Below the pieces are notes generated by a model that was given only the letters and a program-made list of their open reading frames with translations, had not been told where the DNA came from and did not search any database. A DNA stretch of 64,000 nucleotides from Bacteriovoracia bacterium. Its GTDB lineage: Bacteria > Bdellovibrionota > UBA1018 > CAIPTA01. The stretch spans positions 160,001-224,000 of the forward strand of contig JBFWVL010000001.1 of the NCBI GenBank assembly GCA_050246755.1, read 5' to 3'. Below are positions 1-9,703 of this stretch, one piece after another. The number at the start of each line of letters is the position of its first letter. Position 1 is the first letter of the stretch. The translations under genes and the position numbers were made by a program.

Positions 1-274
1 TATGGTAAATCGTGTCCATGAAGGCCGGGCCGGCCTGCTGCATGCGGGCCTGGAAGGCGAGCGGATGCATTTTCACCGAAGCATTCGGATTATCGGCGAG
101 GTTGAGGGCGTCGCAGCCTTTTTGCCCGAGCTGAAAGCAGCCTTCCCGCATCTTGAGAGTCTTATGGCCCTGGGGCATCCCTACTTCCACGGTCACGAAG
201 CGGTATTGGGGGGCGTAGAGTTTTTCGAGGAGACGCTGGCGGAAATGCGCCGTGGGCTTATGCATAGGGGATAA
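1..274 (+). CDS. hypothetical protein, probably the 3' part of a gene running in from the left edge
   Basis: Open frame from the window edge to TAA at 272-274, convergent with cysS; no recognisable motif. Confidence 0.5.
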   Translation, partial: MVNRVHEGRAGLLHAGLEGERMHFHRSIRIIGEVEGVAAFLPELKAAFPHLESLMALGHPYFHGHEAVLGGVEFFEETLAEMRRGLMHRG

Positions 275-369
275 ATCGCTTGAAACGCCCCGTGATTCAA
301 GGATTTCCTGAGGCGCCGGCAAGAAATAACGCAGCGCCTAGCCGGCGAAGGCGAAGCGGCGCGCTAAAC

Positions 370-1761
370 CTACTTCGAAACCTTGGTTCCTTGAGGCGTA
401 TCGTTCACGCGGTAGCCCTTGGCCTGGAGCTCGGCTTTGAGCCGGTCGCTCTCGGCAAAGTTCTTGGCGGCACGGGCCTGGTCGCGGGCGCTGACTAAGG
501 CCTGCACCTCGGAGGGAATTTCCTCCGCTTTCCCGAGCAGCTCTTCAATCCTGAGGCCGAATACTCCATCGAAATCGATCGCGAGCTTCACCTTATCGGC
601 CGACGAGAGCGCAGTGTCTTTGGCCGCCTGGAAAAATACCGCGAGGGCTTCGGGCATATTCAAATCGTCGAAGACGGCTTTATCGAAGGCGGCGGTATAT
701 TTGGAAAGATCGCCCGTGGAGCTTCCGCCCTTCGCGTGCCAGTCCCGTAATCTTTCCATGAGCCCGCGGCGCCCGGCTTGCGCGGCCCTCAGGGCATCGT
801 AGGAAAACAATAATTGCGTGCGGTAATGGGCCTGCAAAAGCAGGAACCTGTAATCCATAGGATCAAAACCATCGCGCTCGAGCACGCTCAGGGTAAGCGT
901 CTCCCCCTTGGACTTGCTCATCTTGCCCGAATCCTCGTTGAGGAATTCGCCGTGGAGCCAGAAATTCGCGAAGCGCTTTCCGGTGGACGCCTCACTCTGC
1001 GCCACTTCGTTGGTATGGTGCACGCGCACGTGGTCGATGCCGCCGCAGTGGAGGTCGAAGGTGGCGCCCAAATATTTCATCGCCATCGCCGAGCACTCGA
1101 TATGCCAGCCAGGGAATCCCTTACCCCAGGGAGAATCCCATTCCTGCTGGCGCTTTTTGTCTTTGGGCAAAAATTTCCAGAGCGCAAAATCCGTGGGCGC
1201 TTTCTTCTCGCCGAGAGCCACGCGCTTGCCGGCCTCCTGGTTTTCCACGTCGAGGTGGGCAAAGTTCGGGTAGGCGGGAAACTTTTCGGTATTGAAGTAG
1301 ACGCCGTCGCTCGTGACGTAGGTGAAGCCCTTTTTTTCCAGGTCGGCGATCAGCGCGATCATCTCGGGAACGTGGTCGGTGGCTTTCGGAATCGTTTGCG
1401 GCTTCACCACGTTTAGCTTGGCCAGATCATCGAAAAAAACCTTGGAGTAATAGTCCGCGATCTCCCAGATCGTTTTACCGGCCTTGCGCGCCCCAACTTC
1501 CATTTTGTCTTCGCCATCGTCGCCATCTGAGACAAGATGTCCCACGTCGGTAATATTCATCACATGGTTCACGGCGTAGCCCGCGCGCTTCAAAACCCGC
1601 ACCAAAAAATCCTCGAAAACGTAGGTGCGCAAATTGCCAATATGCGCGTAATGATAGACAGTTGGCCCGCAAGTATAGAGCCCCGCTTTGCCGGCCTGGA
1701 GGGGCTGGAATCTTTCCTTTTGGCGGGCCGGAGTATTGAACAAAAACAGGTCTTTAGGCAT
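370..1761 (-). CDS. cysS: cysteinyl-tRNA synthetase
   Basis: YTCGPTVY..AHIGNLR (HIGH), PGWHIECSAM and KMSKS motifs. Start placed at ATG 1761, 6 nt after a TAGCAT -10 box (the ORF track starts at TTG 1767). Confidence 0.97.
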   Translation of the reverse strand: MPKDLFLFNTPARQKERFQPLQAGKAGLYTCGPTVYHYAHIGNLRTYVFEDFLVRVLKRAGYAVNHVMNITDVGHLVSDGDDGEDKMEVGARKAGKTIWEIADYYSKVFFDDLAKLNVVKPQTIPKATDHVPEMIALIADLEKKGFTYVTSDGVYFNTEKFPAYPNFAHLDVENQEAGKRVALGEKKAPTDFALWKFLPKDKKRQQEWDSPWGKGFPGWHIECSAMAMKYLGATFDLHCGGIDHVRVHHTNEVAQSEASTGKRFANFWLHGEFLNEDSGKMSKSKGETLTLSVLERDGFDPMDYRFLLLQAHYRTQLLFSYDALRAAQAGRRGLMERLRDWHAKGGSSTGDLSKYTAAFDKAVFDDLNMPEALAVFFQAAKDTALSSADKVKLAIDFDGVFGLRIEELLGKAEEIPSEVQALVSARDQARAAKNFAESDRLKAELQAKGYRVNDTPQGTKVSK

Positions 1762-1818
1762 TTTCAAATGCTACCAGAAGGCTAGCCCAAAAGCAGTTGC
1801 TATGTTAGAAGTGGCGGG

Positions 1819-2883
1819 ATGCAGAACGGCGCCGTATCGCTCGCGGAATATAAAAAGCTTCTCCAGGAATACTTCCCGGCAAACCCTTGGATTTATTGGT
1901 CGGATCTTTTGTGCACGGCGATCGTGGGCTACGGATCCTTCGTGGTGACGGAACGCTTCCCGGCGTTTTCCGCGCCTTACCTGCTTTTTTTCACGATCTC
2001 GGTTTTCGCGCTTTACCGCGGAATGCTCTTCATCCATGAGCTCACGCACCGCGAGCGCTCCGACCTTCCCGGATTTTCCATCGCGTGGAACCTGATCTTC
2101 GGCGTGCCGTTTTTGTTTCCCTCGTTCATGTACCGCGGCGTGCACATCGATCACCATAAGAAAAATTCCTACGGCACCGACGAAGACGGCGAATACCTTC
2201 CGCTCGGCGCGCATCCCTTCTGGAAAACAGTGCTCTACTTAGCGCAGTCGGTATATTTGCCGGTACTCATCGTGCTCCGCTTCGGCTTGCTCACGCCCCT
2301 ATCGCTTTTGCATCCGAAACTCCGGCACCTCGTGGTCACCCGCACCTCCGCGCTCGCCATCCGCGCCGACGTGCCCCGCAAAGCACCCCAAGGCGTGGAC
2401 CTCCGTAACTGGCACGTGCTCGAGGCCCTCTGCTTCGTATACGTCTGGGGCATGGTCTACCTCTTCGCCTCTGGCATCCTTGGCCTCTCCACCTTGGAGC
2501 ACATGTACGCGGCGATGCTCTGCATGTTCCTCGTGAATTCCTTACGCACGATCGTGGCCCACCGCTACCTGAACCGCTCGGCCGCCGAGCTCAGCTTCCA
2601 GGACCAGCTCCTCGACTCCGTGAATATCGAAGGCAATCCCATCATCGCCGAACTCGTGGCGCCCGTGGGCCTGCGCTACCACGCGCTTCACCACTTGTTC
2701 GCTACGCTGCCTTACCATAACCTCGGCCACGCCCACCGCCGCCTGCGTGCGCATTTGCCCGCCGATTCCTTTTATCACCTCACCAGCGAGCCCAGCTTCT
2801 TCCACGCCCTCGCCACCCACTGGCGCAATACGAAGAAGCATTCGGCGGTCCAGTCCGATCTGAATCCCACCCGCATCGCCTAA
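1819..2883 (+). CDS. membrane fatty acid desaturase family protein
   Basis: Three His boxes (HELTH, HIDHH, YHALHH) and several transmembrane segments. Confidence 0.88.
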   Translation: MQNGAVSLAEYKKLLQEYFPANPWIYWSDLLCTAIVGYGSFVVTERFPAFSAPYLLFFTISVFALYRGMLFIHELTHRERSDLPGFSIAWNLIFGVPFLFPSFMYRGVHIDHHKKNSYGTDEDGEYLPLGAHPFWKTVLYLAQSVYLPVLIVLRFGLLTPLSLLHPKLRHLVVTRTSALAIRADVPRKAPQGVDLRNWHVLEALCFVYVWGMVYLFASGILGLSTLEHMYAAMLCMFLVNSLRTIVAHRYLNRSAAELSFQDQLLDSVNIEGNPIIAELVAPVGLRYHALHHLFATLPYHNLGHAHRRLRAHLPADSFYHLTSEPSFFHALATHWRNTKKHSAVQSDLNPTRIA

Positions 2884-3021
2884 ACAAAAATAGCCATGTC
2901 TCCGCGCCGCCATACAGGTGCCTAAACCCTAGACACCCAGCTCGCGTTAAACCCCTCGCCGGGGCGGCATGCTAGTTGCTTTGACAGGCCTGTCGCTTAC
3001 CAAACCCGCAGGAGATTTTCG

Positions 3022-3762
3022 TTGATGTTCAAGTCCAACCCAGTTGTTGCCCAAATTCTCGCCCTCGCCCTGATCACCGGCTTTAGCGCCCAGGCCCTCG
3101 CCGCACCCGCCGCCGCCCCGGCCGCACCCGCGAAGGCCACTCCCGCTGCCCCTGCCGCCGCCGCTCCCGTAGCCGTTCTCTCCCCCCTCGTTCCCCTGCA
3201 ACAGGACTACGATAAAACCGCCAAGATCATCGAGGACAACCTGAAAGTATTCCTCAAGCACGGCGAAAGCTGCGGCATGATCGGCACCAAGATCGTGGAA
3301 GGCATGAAAGAGCAAAAAGCCCTCGCCAACCAGGAAAGATCCCATAAAGAAGTAGTGGCCGCGTTCGCCACCGCCGCCACCGAAGCCGACGCGAAGAAAT
3401 TGGCCGCCGCCAAGAAACGCATCGAAAAAGAAATCGGCACCATCCTGGAAGTGTATAAACAAATCGACGACAATATGGACGCCATCAAGATGGGCCTCGA
3501 TACCCCCGAAGTGAAAACCTGCGTAACCGCCGGTAAATCCTTCTACTTGGTGCGCGGCACCGCCGACAAAATGCTCTCGAGCCTCGAGAAAGCCAATAAG
3601 CTCCTCGGCGCCAAGCCCAAAAAGAAACAAGCCAATCTGCTCACCGACGGCCTCCCGGCCTATGGCTCGCATGAAGCGGCCTACGATACCGCCGCCGCCC
3701 AGGTGGAATTCGAACGCGCCCAAGCCGAAGAACGCGTAGAAACTTCCGAACTCACTTTCTAA
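3022..3762 (+). CDS. secreted hypothetical protein with Ala/Pro linker and helical domain
   Basis: GGAGA RBS, signal peptide ending AQALA, APAAAPAAPAK linker, strong codon bias, downstream terminator. Confidence 0.8.
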   Translation: MMFKSNPVVAQILALALITGFSAQALAAPAAAPAAPAKATPAAPAAAAPVAVLSPLVPLQQDYDKTAKIIEDNLKVFLKHGESCGMIGTKIVEGMKEQKALANQERSHKEVVAAFATAATEADAKKLAAAKKRIEKEIGTILEVYKQIDDNMDAIKMGLDTPEVKTCVTAGKSFYLVRGTADKMLSSLEKANKLLGAKPKKKQANLLTDGLPAYGSHEAAYDTAAAQVEFERAQAEERVETSELTF

Positions 3763-3793
3763 ATCTCCTCCCTCCTCTCTCTCTTATCTAGGC

Positions 3794-3832
3794 AAAGGCG
3801 GATCCATGTTGGGATCCGCCTTTTCTTTTTTT
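3794..3832 (+). terminator. Rho-independent terminator
   Basis: aaaggcggatcc-atgttg-ggatccgccttt hairpin followed by a T-tract. Confidence 0.85.
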
Positions 3833-3855
3833 CCCGAGAGCCTTATCGTGAGCGC

Positions 3856-4167
3856 ATGCTCTCCCTCATTTTTTATGTCCCCGACTCCCACCTCGAATCC
3901 GTGAAAGCCGCCATCTTCCAGGCCGGCGCCGGCAAGCTCGGCCACTACGACCAATGCTGCTGGCAAACCAAGGGCGTGGGCCAGTTCCGCCCGCTGCCGG
4001 GAAGTGATCCGCATTTAGGTTCGGTGGGCGCGCTGGAAAAGGTGGAGGAGTGGAAGGTGGAAGTGGTTTGCGCGGAAGCGTGCATCGGCGCAGTGGTGGA
4101 AGCACTCAAAGCCGCACACCCCTACGAGACCGCCGCGTTTTTGGTGCTGAAGCCGCATTCACTATAG
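3856..4167 (+). CDS. YqfO/NIF3-related small PII-like protein
   Basis: FYVP..HLESVKAAIFQAGAG..GHYDQC..G.GQFRP...AHPYE signature. Confidence 0.9.
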   Translation: MLSLIFYVPDSHLESVKAAIFQAGAGKLGHYDQCCWQTKGVGQFRPLPGSDPHLGSVGALEKVEEWKVEVVCAEACIGAVVEALKAAHPYETAAFLVLKPHSL

Positions 4168-4218
4168 CGCCTTGGTTTAGGTTTTAGCCGGGCGCGCTCG
4201 GCGCACCATTATTCCGCG

Positions 4219-4785
4219 CTACCCCGAGGGCCAGCCGCGCTGGCGGTCATGCGCGCGGGCAATGATAAACCCGGCGTCGAAACGGCTATACCCAGCGCCC
4301 TCGAGCTTATTGATTTCGATATAGTCGGTGAGCCGCAGGTAACCGGACTTGCTGAGCACCAGGCGCGTGAAGGGGCGGTAGTCCCAAAATTTTTCCTTCA
4401 CCTTATTCCAGCGGCTCTTCCCCGCAACGGCCATCGCGATCGCGGCGGTAACAGCGCGGATAAATGGCTTATAGCCATGGAGCTTGGCTAGCTTTAGGTG
4501 AAAGTGCAGGTGATTGCCCACGTTCGCCAAGGAGATAATTTCCACACGGTACTTGGCCGCGAAACGCTTCACGATCGCTTGGATTTTTTGGGCATTGCGG
4601 GGCTGCTTGAAACTTAACGGGCCTTTGGCTCGGGAGGCCCGCAGCACCACATGCATGCTATTTCCGGTAGCGATCGGCCTAGGCCCTGCCCGCTCTACGC
4701 GTAGGCTGCGCAGCTGCCCTCCGTAGGCCAACGGGTTTCGCTTTTTATATAGCTGGCGGTTTTTTAGGGTGGTGGTGGCCGGCAA
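4219..4785 (-). mobile_element. Y1 HUH transposase (IS200/RAYT-like), stand-alone
   Basis: HVVLR, GNHLH (HUH), KFW..RPFTR and DYIEIN (catalytic Tyr). Start placed at TTG 4785 after an AAGGA RBS and a TTGCCT-N17-TATAAG promoter. Confidence 0.8.
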
Positions 4786-4984
4786 TGTTCTCGTCCTTTT
4801 TAACCTATACGGAAAACTCTTATACCTTCGGTCACAAAAATAGGCAAATAAACAAACAAAAATGAGCAAGCAAGCTCAACCCACGCACCCTAACCCCCCA
4901 CCGCCACGCACCAACCCCAATTGAGCTCGATAACCGCTGCGCTAACTGCTTCGGCTCCTAAGGCCGGCACCATAGGCCCGCATG

Positions 4985-5014
4985 ACCGGAGCCCACCGCA
5001 CCGGAGCCCACCGC
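4985..5014. repeat. 15-bp tandem duplication ACCGGAGCCCACCGC x2
   Basis: Read directly: 4985-4999 is identical to 5000-5014. Confidence 0.9.
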
Positions 5015-5076
5015 TTAAGAAATTCGCCGCTCCGCCCCATCCGCGATGCCATGGTAGAAACTACGCAGGAGAAAAC

Positions 5077-6150
5077 ATGTTTAACTACAGCAAAATTCAG
5101 GAATCCCTCGGCAAAGACGCAGCGAACCTTCTGGGCTTCAAAAATCCCAAGGTTTCCAAAGATGTACTCACGCTGCCCGGCCCAGATTTTGTGGAACGCG
5201 TATTTCTGCAGTCGGACCGCAACCCCCAAGTGCTCCGCTCCCTGCAAGCCATGTACGGCCACGGCCGCCTAGCAAATACGGGTTATTTATCGATCCTTCC
5301 CGTAGACCAAGGGATCGAGCACTCGGCCGGCGCCTCTTTCGCCCCGAACCCCGCTTACTTTGATCCCGAAAATATCATTCAGCTCGCCATCGAAGGCGGC
5401 TGCAACGCCGTGGCCACCACGCTCGGCACGCTCGGGCTCATGTCGCGCAAATACGCGCACAGAATTCCCTTCATCCTGAAGATCAACCACAACGAGCTCA
5501 TGACCTACCCAAACAAGTTCGACCAAATCATGTTCGCGCAGGTGAAGCAGGCCTGGGACATGGGTTGCACCGCCATTGGCGCCACGATTTATTTCGGCTC
5601 CGAAGAATCCGGCCGCCAGATCGTGGAAGTATCCAAGGCTTTTAAGCAAGCGCATAGCTTGGGAATGGCCACGATCCTCTGGTGCTATACGCGCAATAAC
5701 GCCTTCAAAGTAGACGGCAAAGATTATCACACCGCCGCCGATCTCTCGGGCCAGGCCAACCATATCGGCGCCACGATCGAAGCCGATATCGTGAAGCAGA
5801 AAATGCCCACCATCAACGGCGGCTTTAAGGCGCTGAACATGGGCAAGAGTTCTTATGGAAAACTTGACGAGAAGATGTATACCCAGCTTTCGAGCGATCA
5901 CCCGATCGACATGACCCGCTACCAAGTGATCAACGGCTATATGGGCAAGATCGGCCTGATCAACTCGGGGGGCGCGGCCGGCGCGAACGACCTCGAAGAA
6001 GCGCTCTCCACCGCCGTGATCAATAAGCGCGCGGGCGGAATGGGATTGATCTCGGGACGCAAAGCGTTCCAGAAGCCGATGAAAGACGGCGTGGCTCTCC
6101 TGCAGGCCATCCAAGACGTTTACCTCTGCAAAGAAGTTACGATCGCGTAA
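5077..6150 (+). CDS. fbaB: class I fructose-bisphosphate aldolase (FbaB/DhnA)
   Basis: [33 protein letters not shown] motifs; AGGAG RBS before ATG 5077. Confidence 0.95.
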   Translation: MFNYSKIQESLGKDAANLLGFKNPKVSKDVLTLPGPDFVERVFLQSDRNPQVLRSLQAMYGHGRLANTGYLSILPVDQGIEHSAGASFAPNPAYFDPENIIQLAIEGGCNAVATTLGTLGLMSRKYAHRIPFILKINHNELMTYPNKFDQIMFAQVKQAWDMGCTAIGATIYFGSEESGRQIVEVSKAFKQAHSLGMATILWCYTRNNAFKVDGKDYHTAADLSGQANHIGATIEADIVKQKMPTINGGFKALNMGKSSYGKLDEKMYTQLSSDHPIDMTRYQVINGYMGKIGLINSGGAAGANDLEEALSTAVINKRAGGMGLISGRKAFQKPMKDGVALLQAIQDVYLCKEVTIA

Positions 6151-6155
6151 GCGCG

Positions 6156-6692
6156 GTGGTGAACCCTAAAAAAATCGTGGTGATCGGCGACAGTTGCGCC
6201 GGGAAAACTACGTTGGCAAAAACGCTCGCTTCCGCCTTAAACGTAAAACACGTGGAACTCGACGCGCTTCACTGGGAACCGGGCTGGAAAGAAGCCGATA
6301 AAAAAGCATTTCAGGAACGATTGACGGCGGCGCTAACGGATGAGAGCTGGGTGGTAGACGGAAACTATACCAGTAAAACGGAAGAACTCGTTTGGACACG
6401 CGCCGAGATGGTGATCTGGCTGGATCCTCCGCTCGCGACGATTCTTTACCGCTTCGTATTGCGGTCCTTCACCCGCGCTTTTACCCGTGAAGTTCTATGG
6501 GATGGATGCCGCGAGAGCCTGCGCAATAGTATTTTCAAAAAAGATTCCCTGCTGGTTTGGATTCTCACCACGCACCAACGCCGAAAGAAACAATTCTCCG
6601 CGCTGATGACTGCCGGACAATATCCTAATATCGAGTTTTTCCACGTAAAGACGGCCGCAGAACGCCGAGCACTGTTAAAAAGATTTATTTAG
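6156..6692 (+). CDS. adenylate kinase-like P-loop NTPase (FlaR/topology modulation family)
   Basis: GDSCAGKTT P-loop, LDALHWEPGW, WVVDGNY. Confidence 0.85.
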   Translation: MVNPKKIVVIGDSCAGKTTLAKTLASALNVKHVELDALHWEPGWKEADKKAFQERLTAALTDESWVVDGNYTSKTEELVWTRAEMVIWLDPPLATILYRFVLRSFTRAFTREVLWDGCRESLRNSIFKKDSLLVWILTTHQRRKKQFSALMTAGQYPNIEFFHVKTAAERRALLKRFI

Positions 6693-6774
6693 CTCCAAGA
6701 GTTTAACTTGTCTCTTGCCGAAAGCCCCTCCTTACGCTATTTCTTAGCCGCCATTTTCAAACCTGGGGAATTCC

Positions 6775-7386
6775 ATGAAAAAATTCGCACTCGCCACTTC
6801 TTTGATCCTAGCCCTCACCGCGTGCGGCGGCAACGATAGCGGCACCGCTTCTTCCACCCTGGGCTCCGACGGCAGCCCCCAAGTAGCCATTCCCGCCGAT
6901 GCCACCACCCAGGATTATACCTGCCGGGTAACGCATGTTTTCAGTGATAACGGCGCCCCCGAAGAGACCTCCACCTTTGATTACTCCGGGGTAATTCACG
7001 ACTGGCAAGAAGGAGACCTCTTCGTTTCCTTCGATTGGGATTCCAGTGGCAACGAAGCCTACCTCACGAAGGTGCGTTCGGAGAAAATCACCGAGATCCA
7101 GAAACGATCCTTCATCCAGCAAACCCACTGGGAACGCGAAAACGGCGCGTGGATCCAGACCGTAAAAAATATTGAGAGAGTTTCGGAGCGCGAAAACGGC
7201 CAGTTCCGCGTGATCTCCAATAAGGTAAACGGCGTGGAAACGCCCTATGACTGGAACGCGGAATTCACTCCCGTGAACGATAACCAGTTCAAGGAAATCC
7301 GCCGTCACAAAGATCCCAGCTCGAGGAATAAAGATGGGATCCGCTACTCGAAAATCGAGGATGTCTGCAGCTATACCAACCGCTAG
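6775..7386 (+). CDS. lipoprotein of unknown function
   Basis: MKK..LTAC lipobox, RBS, downstream terminator. Confidence 0.8.
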   Translation: MKKFALATSLILALTACGGNDSGTASSTLGSDGSPQVAIPADATTQDYTCRVTHVFSDNGAPEETSTFDYSGVIHDWQEGDLFVSFDWDSSGNEAYLTKVRSEKITEIQKRSFIQQTHWERENGAWIQTVKNIERVSERENGQFRVISNKVNGVETPYDWNAEFTPVNDNQFKEIRRHKDPSSRNKDGIRYSKIEDVCSYTNR

Positions 7387-7401
7387 AAATCACCAATAAG
7401 C

Positions 7402-7434
7402 AAAAAGCTGGCGCCAATCGCGCCGGCTTTTTTT
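7402..7434 (+). terminator. Rho-independent terminator, possibly bidirectional
   Basis: aaaaagctggcgc-caatc-gcgccggcttttttt. Confidence 0.85.
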
Positions 7435-7441
7435 ATGCCTG

Positions 7442-7663
7442 AAAAAGGTGAAGCCCCACTCCCTGAGGAAGAGTGAGGCTTCGGTGTGGCCAGCTGGCTC
7501 ACACGATCGATGGATCGCGCCCGCTAGGTGGATGGAGACACCTAACGGAAAGTACTAATCTCTCGGATAACTGAGGGGGCCGAGAAACTAGGCGATTTGT
7601 CTGGGGGAAAAAATTCTAAAGAGCCGGGATCGTGGAGACTCTGGTTGTGAAGGAGCAGCGGGC
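7442..7663 (-). ncRNA. putative novel ~220-nt structured small RNA
   Basis: Own TTGTAT-N17-TATAAC promoter, several hairpins with G-U pairs favouring the minus strand, terminator plus U-tract, no ATG in the transcript. Confidence 0.72.
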
Positions 7664-7670
7664 GAGGAGA

Positions 7671-7699
7671 GTTATACGTCCGGAGCCGCTAAAATACAA
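7671..7699 (-). promoter_or_regulatory. sigma70 promoter of the putative sRNA
   Basis: TTGTAT (7699-7694), 17-nt spacer, TATAAC (7676-7671). Confidence 0.75.
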
Positions 7700-7738
7700 G
7701 TAAAATAGTCAGGAATTTACTGGTTTAAAATCAACAAC

Positions 7739-8203
7739 TTAGGGACTTGCCTGGAGCATCAGGCCCTCGATCGCGATCGCGCCCACGGCATTCTTCACTC
7801 CGTAGTAGCTCTGGAGAAGCACGGAGCCGTCCGGCTGGGGGTGGAGCTTGAGATTATAGGCGTAAGAAACACCGCCGCTCCGGGAAACGGTGATGAGGGT
7901 AGTGTCGGTGATAGTGCCCACCTGCTCTTCGTCTTCCCCCTCACCCTCGAATACTTTTCCGTCCCGGATCGTCTGCGCTACCGGCCCCCAATTGGAATCA
8001 TAGGTTCCGCAATTGGCGCGGTACTGCTTGGTGAGAAGGAGCCCCTCTTTTTGCTCGATCACGATTTCGATCTTCGAGCAATCACCCTTGATGCCCACGG
8101 TGCTATTGATCTTTCCGGTGGTGGTGAGCCAGTGGCCGGAGAAATTTCCCACGGCGAAGGCGGGGGTGGAAACTAGAGCGGCGAGTAAGAATAGAGTTTT
8201 CAT
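7739..8203 (-). CDS. secreted hypothetical protein
   Basis: Signal peptide MKTLFLLAALVSTPAFA; beta-rich mature part with 2 Cys. Confidence 0.75.
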   Translation of the reverse strand: MKTLFLLAALVSTPAFAVGNFSGHWLTTTGKINSTVGIKGDCSKIEIVIEQKEGLLLTKQYRANCGTYDSNWGPVAQTIRDGKVFEGEGEDEEQVGTITDTTLITVSRSGGVSYAYNLKLHPQPDGSVLLQSYYGVKNAVGAIAIEGLMLQASP

Positions 8204-8273
8204 AAGTAGACGCTACCGCAGCCCTGCGGAGAGAGCAAATGACGCGCATCTTAACCAAAGGTGCCTGACACCA

Positions 8274-8867
8274 TCAGCGGCGAAATACCAAATCCCAGCA
8301 GATTTCCCCGCGCGCCAAATATTTCTTCTCAAAATGCGTGCGCGGCTCGGCGTGAGCGGGAACGATACCTTCAGTTACAAGTTCGAGGCCCCACTCTCCC
8401 GTAATTTTCTCCTTCGCCCCCGCCCGATAAAAATCCATATTCGTAGCGAGAGTCAATAAACCACCCACCCGCATGGTCTCCACGATCACCGAGAAAAACG
8501 GCATCTCGTGGAAACGCAAATTCCGCTGGCTCTCTTTTGGATAGGGGTTGGGATACAGCAAAAAATATCGGTCCACCGAACCGGGCGAAACCCCGTGCGT
8601 GATCCAGGGAATCGCGTCGCCGTGAATCGCCCGCAAATTCGGCAAGGCCGGGTGGTGCGCCAGTCTTCCTTGAAACCGCGCGAATTTCTCCGCCGTGCGC
8701 TCGAAGGCCACTAATTGCCGCCCGGGATTCTCGCGGGCGTATTTCAAAGGATGAAATCCCACGCCGCAGCCTATTTCAATATCCAAAGGCATGCCCGTAC
8801 GCAAAGCCAAGGGAGAAAAATCCGGAGGCAGCGGAATTTTCTCCCGCGGAAAAACGCGCACGATCAA
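8274..8867 (-). CDS. trmB: TrmB-like tRNA (guanine-N7) methyltransferase
   Basis: DIEIGCGVG SAM motif, YPNPYPK, RTHFEKKY. Confidence 0.8.
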   Translation of the reverse strand: MIVRVFPREKIPLPPDFSPLALRTGMPLDIEIGCGVGFHPLKYARENPGRQLVAFERTAEKFARFQGRLAHHPALPNLRAIHGDAIPWITHGVSPGSVDRYFLLYPNPYPKESQRNLRFHEMPFFSVIVETMRVGGLLTLATNMDFYRAGAKEKITGEWGLELVTEGIVPAHAEPRTHFEKKYLARGEICWDLVFRR

Positions 8868-9703
8868 CCCATTTTCTTGGATTGGGGATCGAGGGCATCG
8901 CGGAGACCATCGCCCAAAAAGTTAAACGCCAGGATCGTGAGGAAGAGCGCGATGCCGGGGAAAAAAATCAAATAGGGATAGGTGCGGTAGGCGCGCCAGC
9001 CTTCGTTGGCGAGGGTGCCCCAGCTCGCGAAGGGCGGCTCGAGCCCGAGGCCCACGAAGCTCAGAAAACTTTCCGCCAAAATATTCTGGGGAATCCCGAA
9101 CGTGAGGCTCACGATCACCGGCCCGAGAATATTGGGCAGGATATGCTGGAACAAAATCCTCGTGCTGCGCATGCCAAGCGAGCGCGCCGCTTCCACGTAG
9201 AGCATTTCTTTGGCCTGCAGCACTTGCCCGCGCACAAGCCGCGCTTCCCCTACCCAGCCCACGATCCCGAGCGCCAGGAAAATCCCCAAAGGCCCCCGGC
9301 CCACCACGAGCATGAGCATCACCGTCACGAGCAGCGAGGGCAGCGCCAATAAAATATCCGCGGCCCGCATCATCACGGTATCGATCTTGCCGCCCGCATA
9401 GCCCGAGATGGCGCCATAGACGGTGCCGATGACCAGGGAAAAAATCGCGGTGAAAAATCCCACCGCCAGCGAAATGCGTGCGCCGTAGAGGATGCGGGAA
9501 AAAAGATCGCGGCCCAGGGAATCGGTGCCGAACCAGAAAGTGGAATTAGGAAACTGCAGGGCCTGATCAGCATCCTGGGCGAAATAGGAAAATTTCGTGA
9601 GCCAGGGCGCGAGGATCGCCACTAGCGAGAGCAGAAGCAGAAAGCCGAGGCTCACCATGGCTAGGCGATGACGCTTCAATCTTTTCCAGGCTTCGCCGTA
9701 CAT
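8864..9703 (-). CDS. oppC: oligopeptide ABC transporter permease (OppC)
   Basis: WFGTDSLGRD, EAA loop, HILPN, ESFLSFVGLG. Confidence 0.92.
   Translation of the reverse strand: MYGEAWKRLKRHRLAMVSLGFLLLLSLVAILAPWLTKFSYFAQDADQALQFPNSTFWFGTDSLGRDLFSRILYGARISLAVGFFTAIFSLVIGTVYGAISGYAGGKIDTVMMRAADILLALPSLLVTVMLMLVVGRGPLGIFLALGIVGWVGEARLVRGQVLQAKEMLYVEAARSLGMRSTRILFQHILPNILGPVIVSLTFGIPQNILAESFLSFVGLGLEPPFASWGTLANEGWRAYRTYPYLIFFPGIALFLTILAFNFLGDGLRDALDPQSKKMG

Noticed and set aside
4921-5076. N-terminal extension of FbaB; likewise the extensions of tdk, guaC, nrdA and the SGNH protein
   Set aside because: Family similarity and start signals fit the downstream ATGs; the extensions translate intergenic sequence
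7441-7700. Plus-strand CsrB/RsmZ-like RNA (many GGA words)
   Set aside because: Promoter, terminator U-tract and most G-U pairs support the minus strand; only one weak hairpin favours plus
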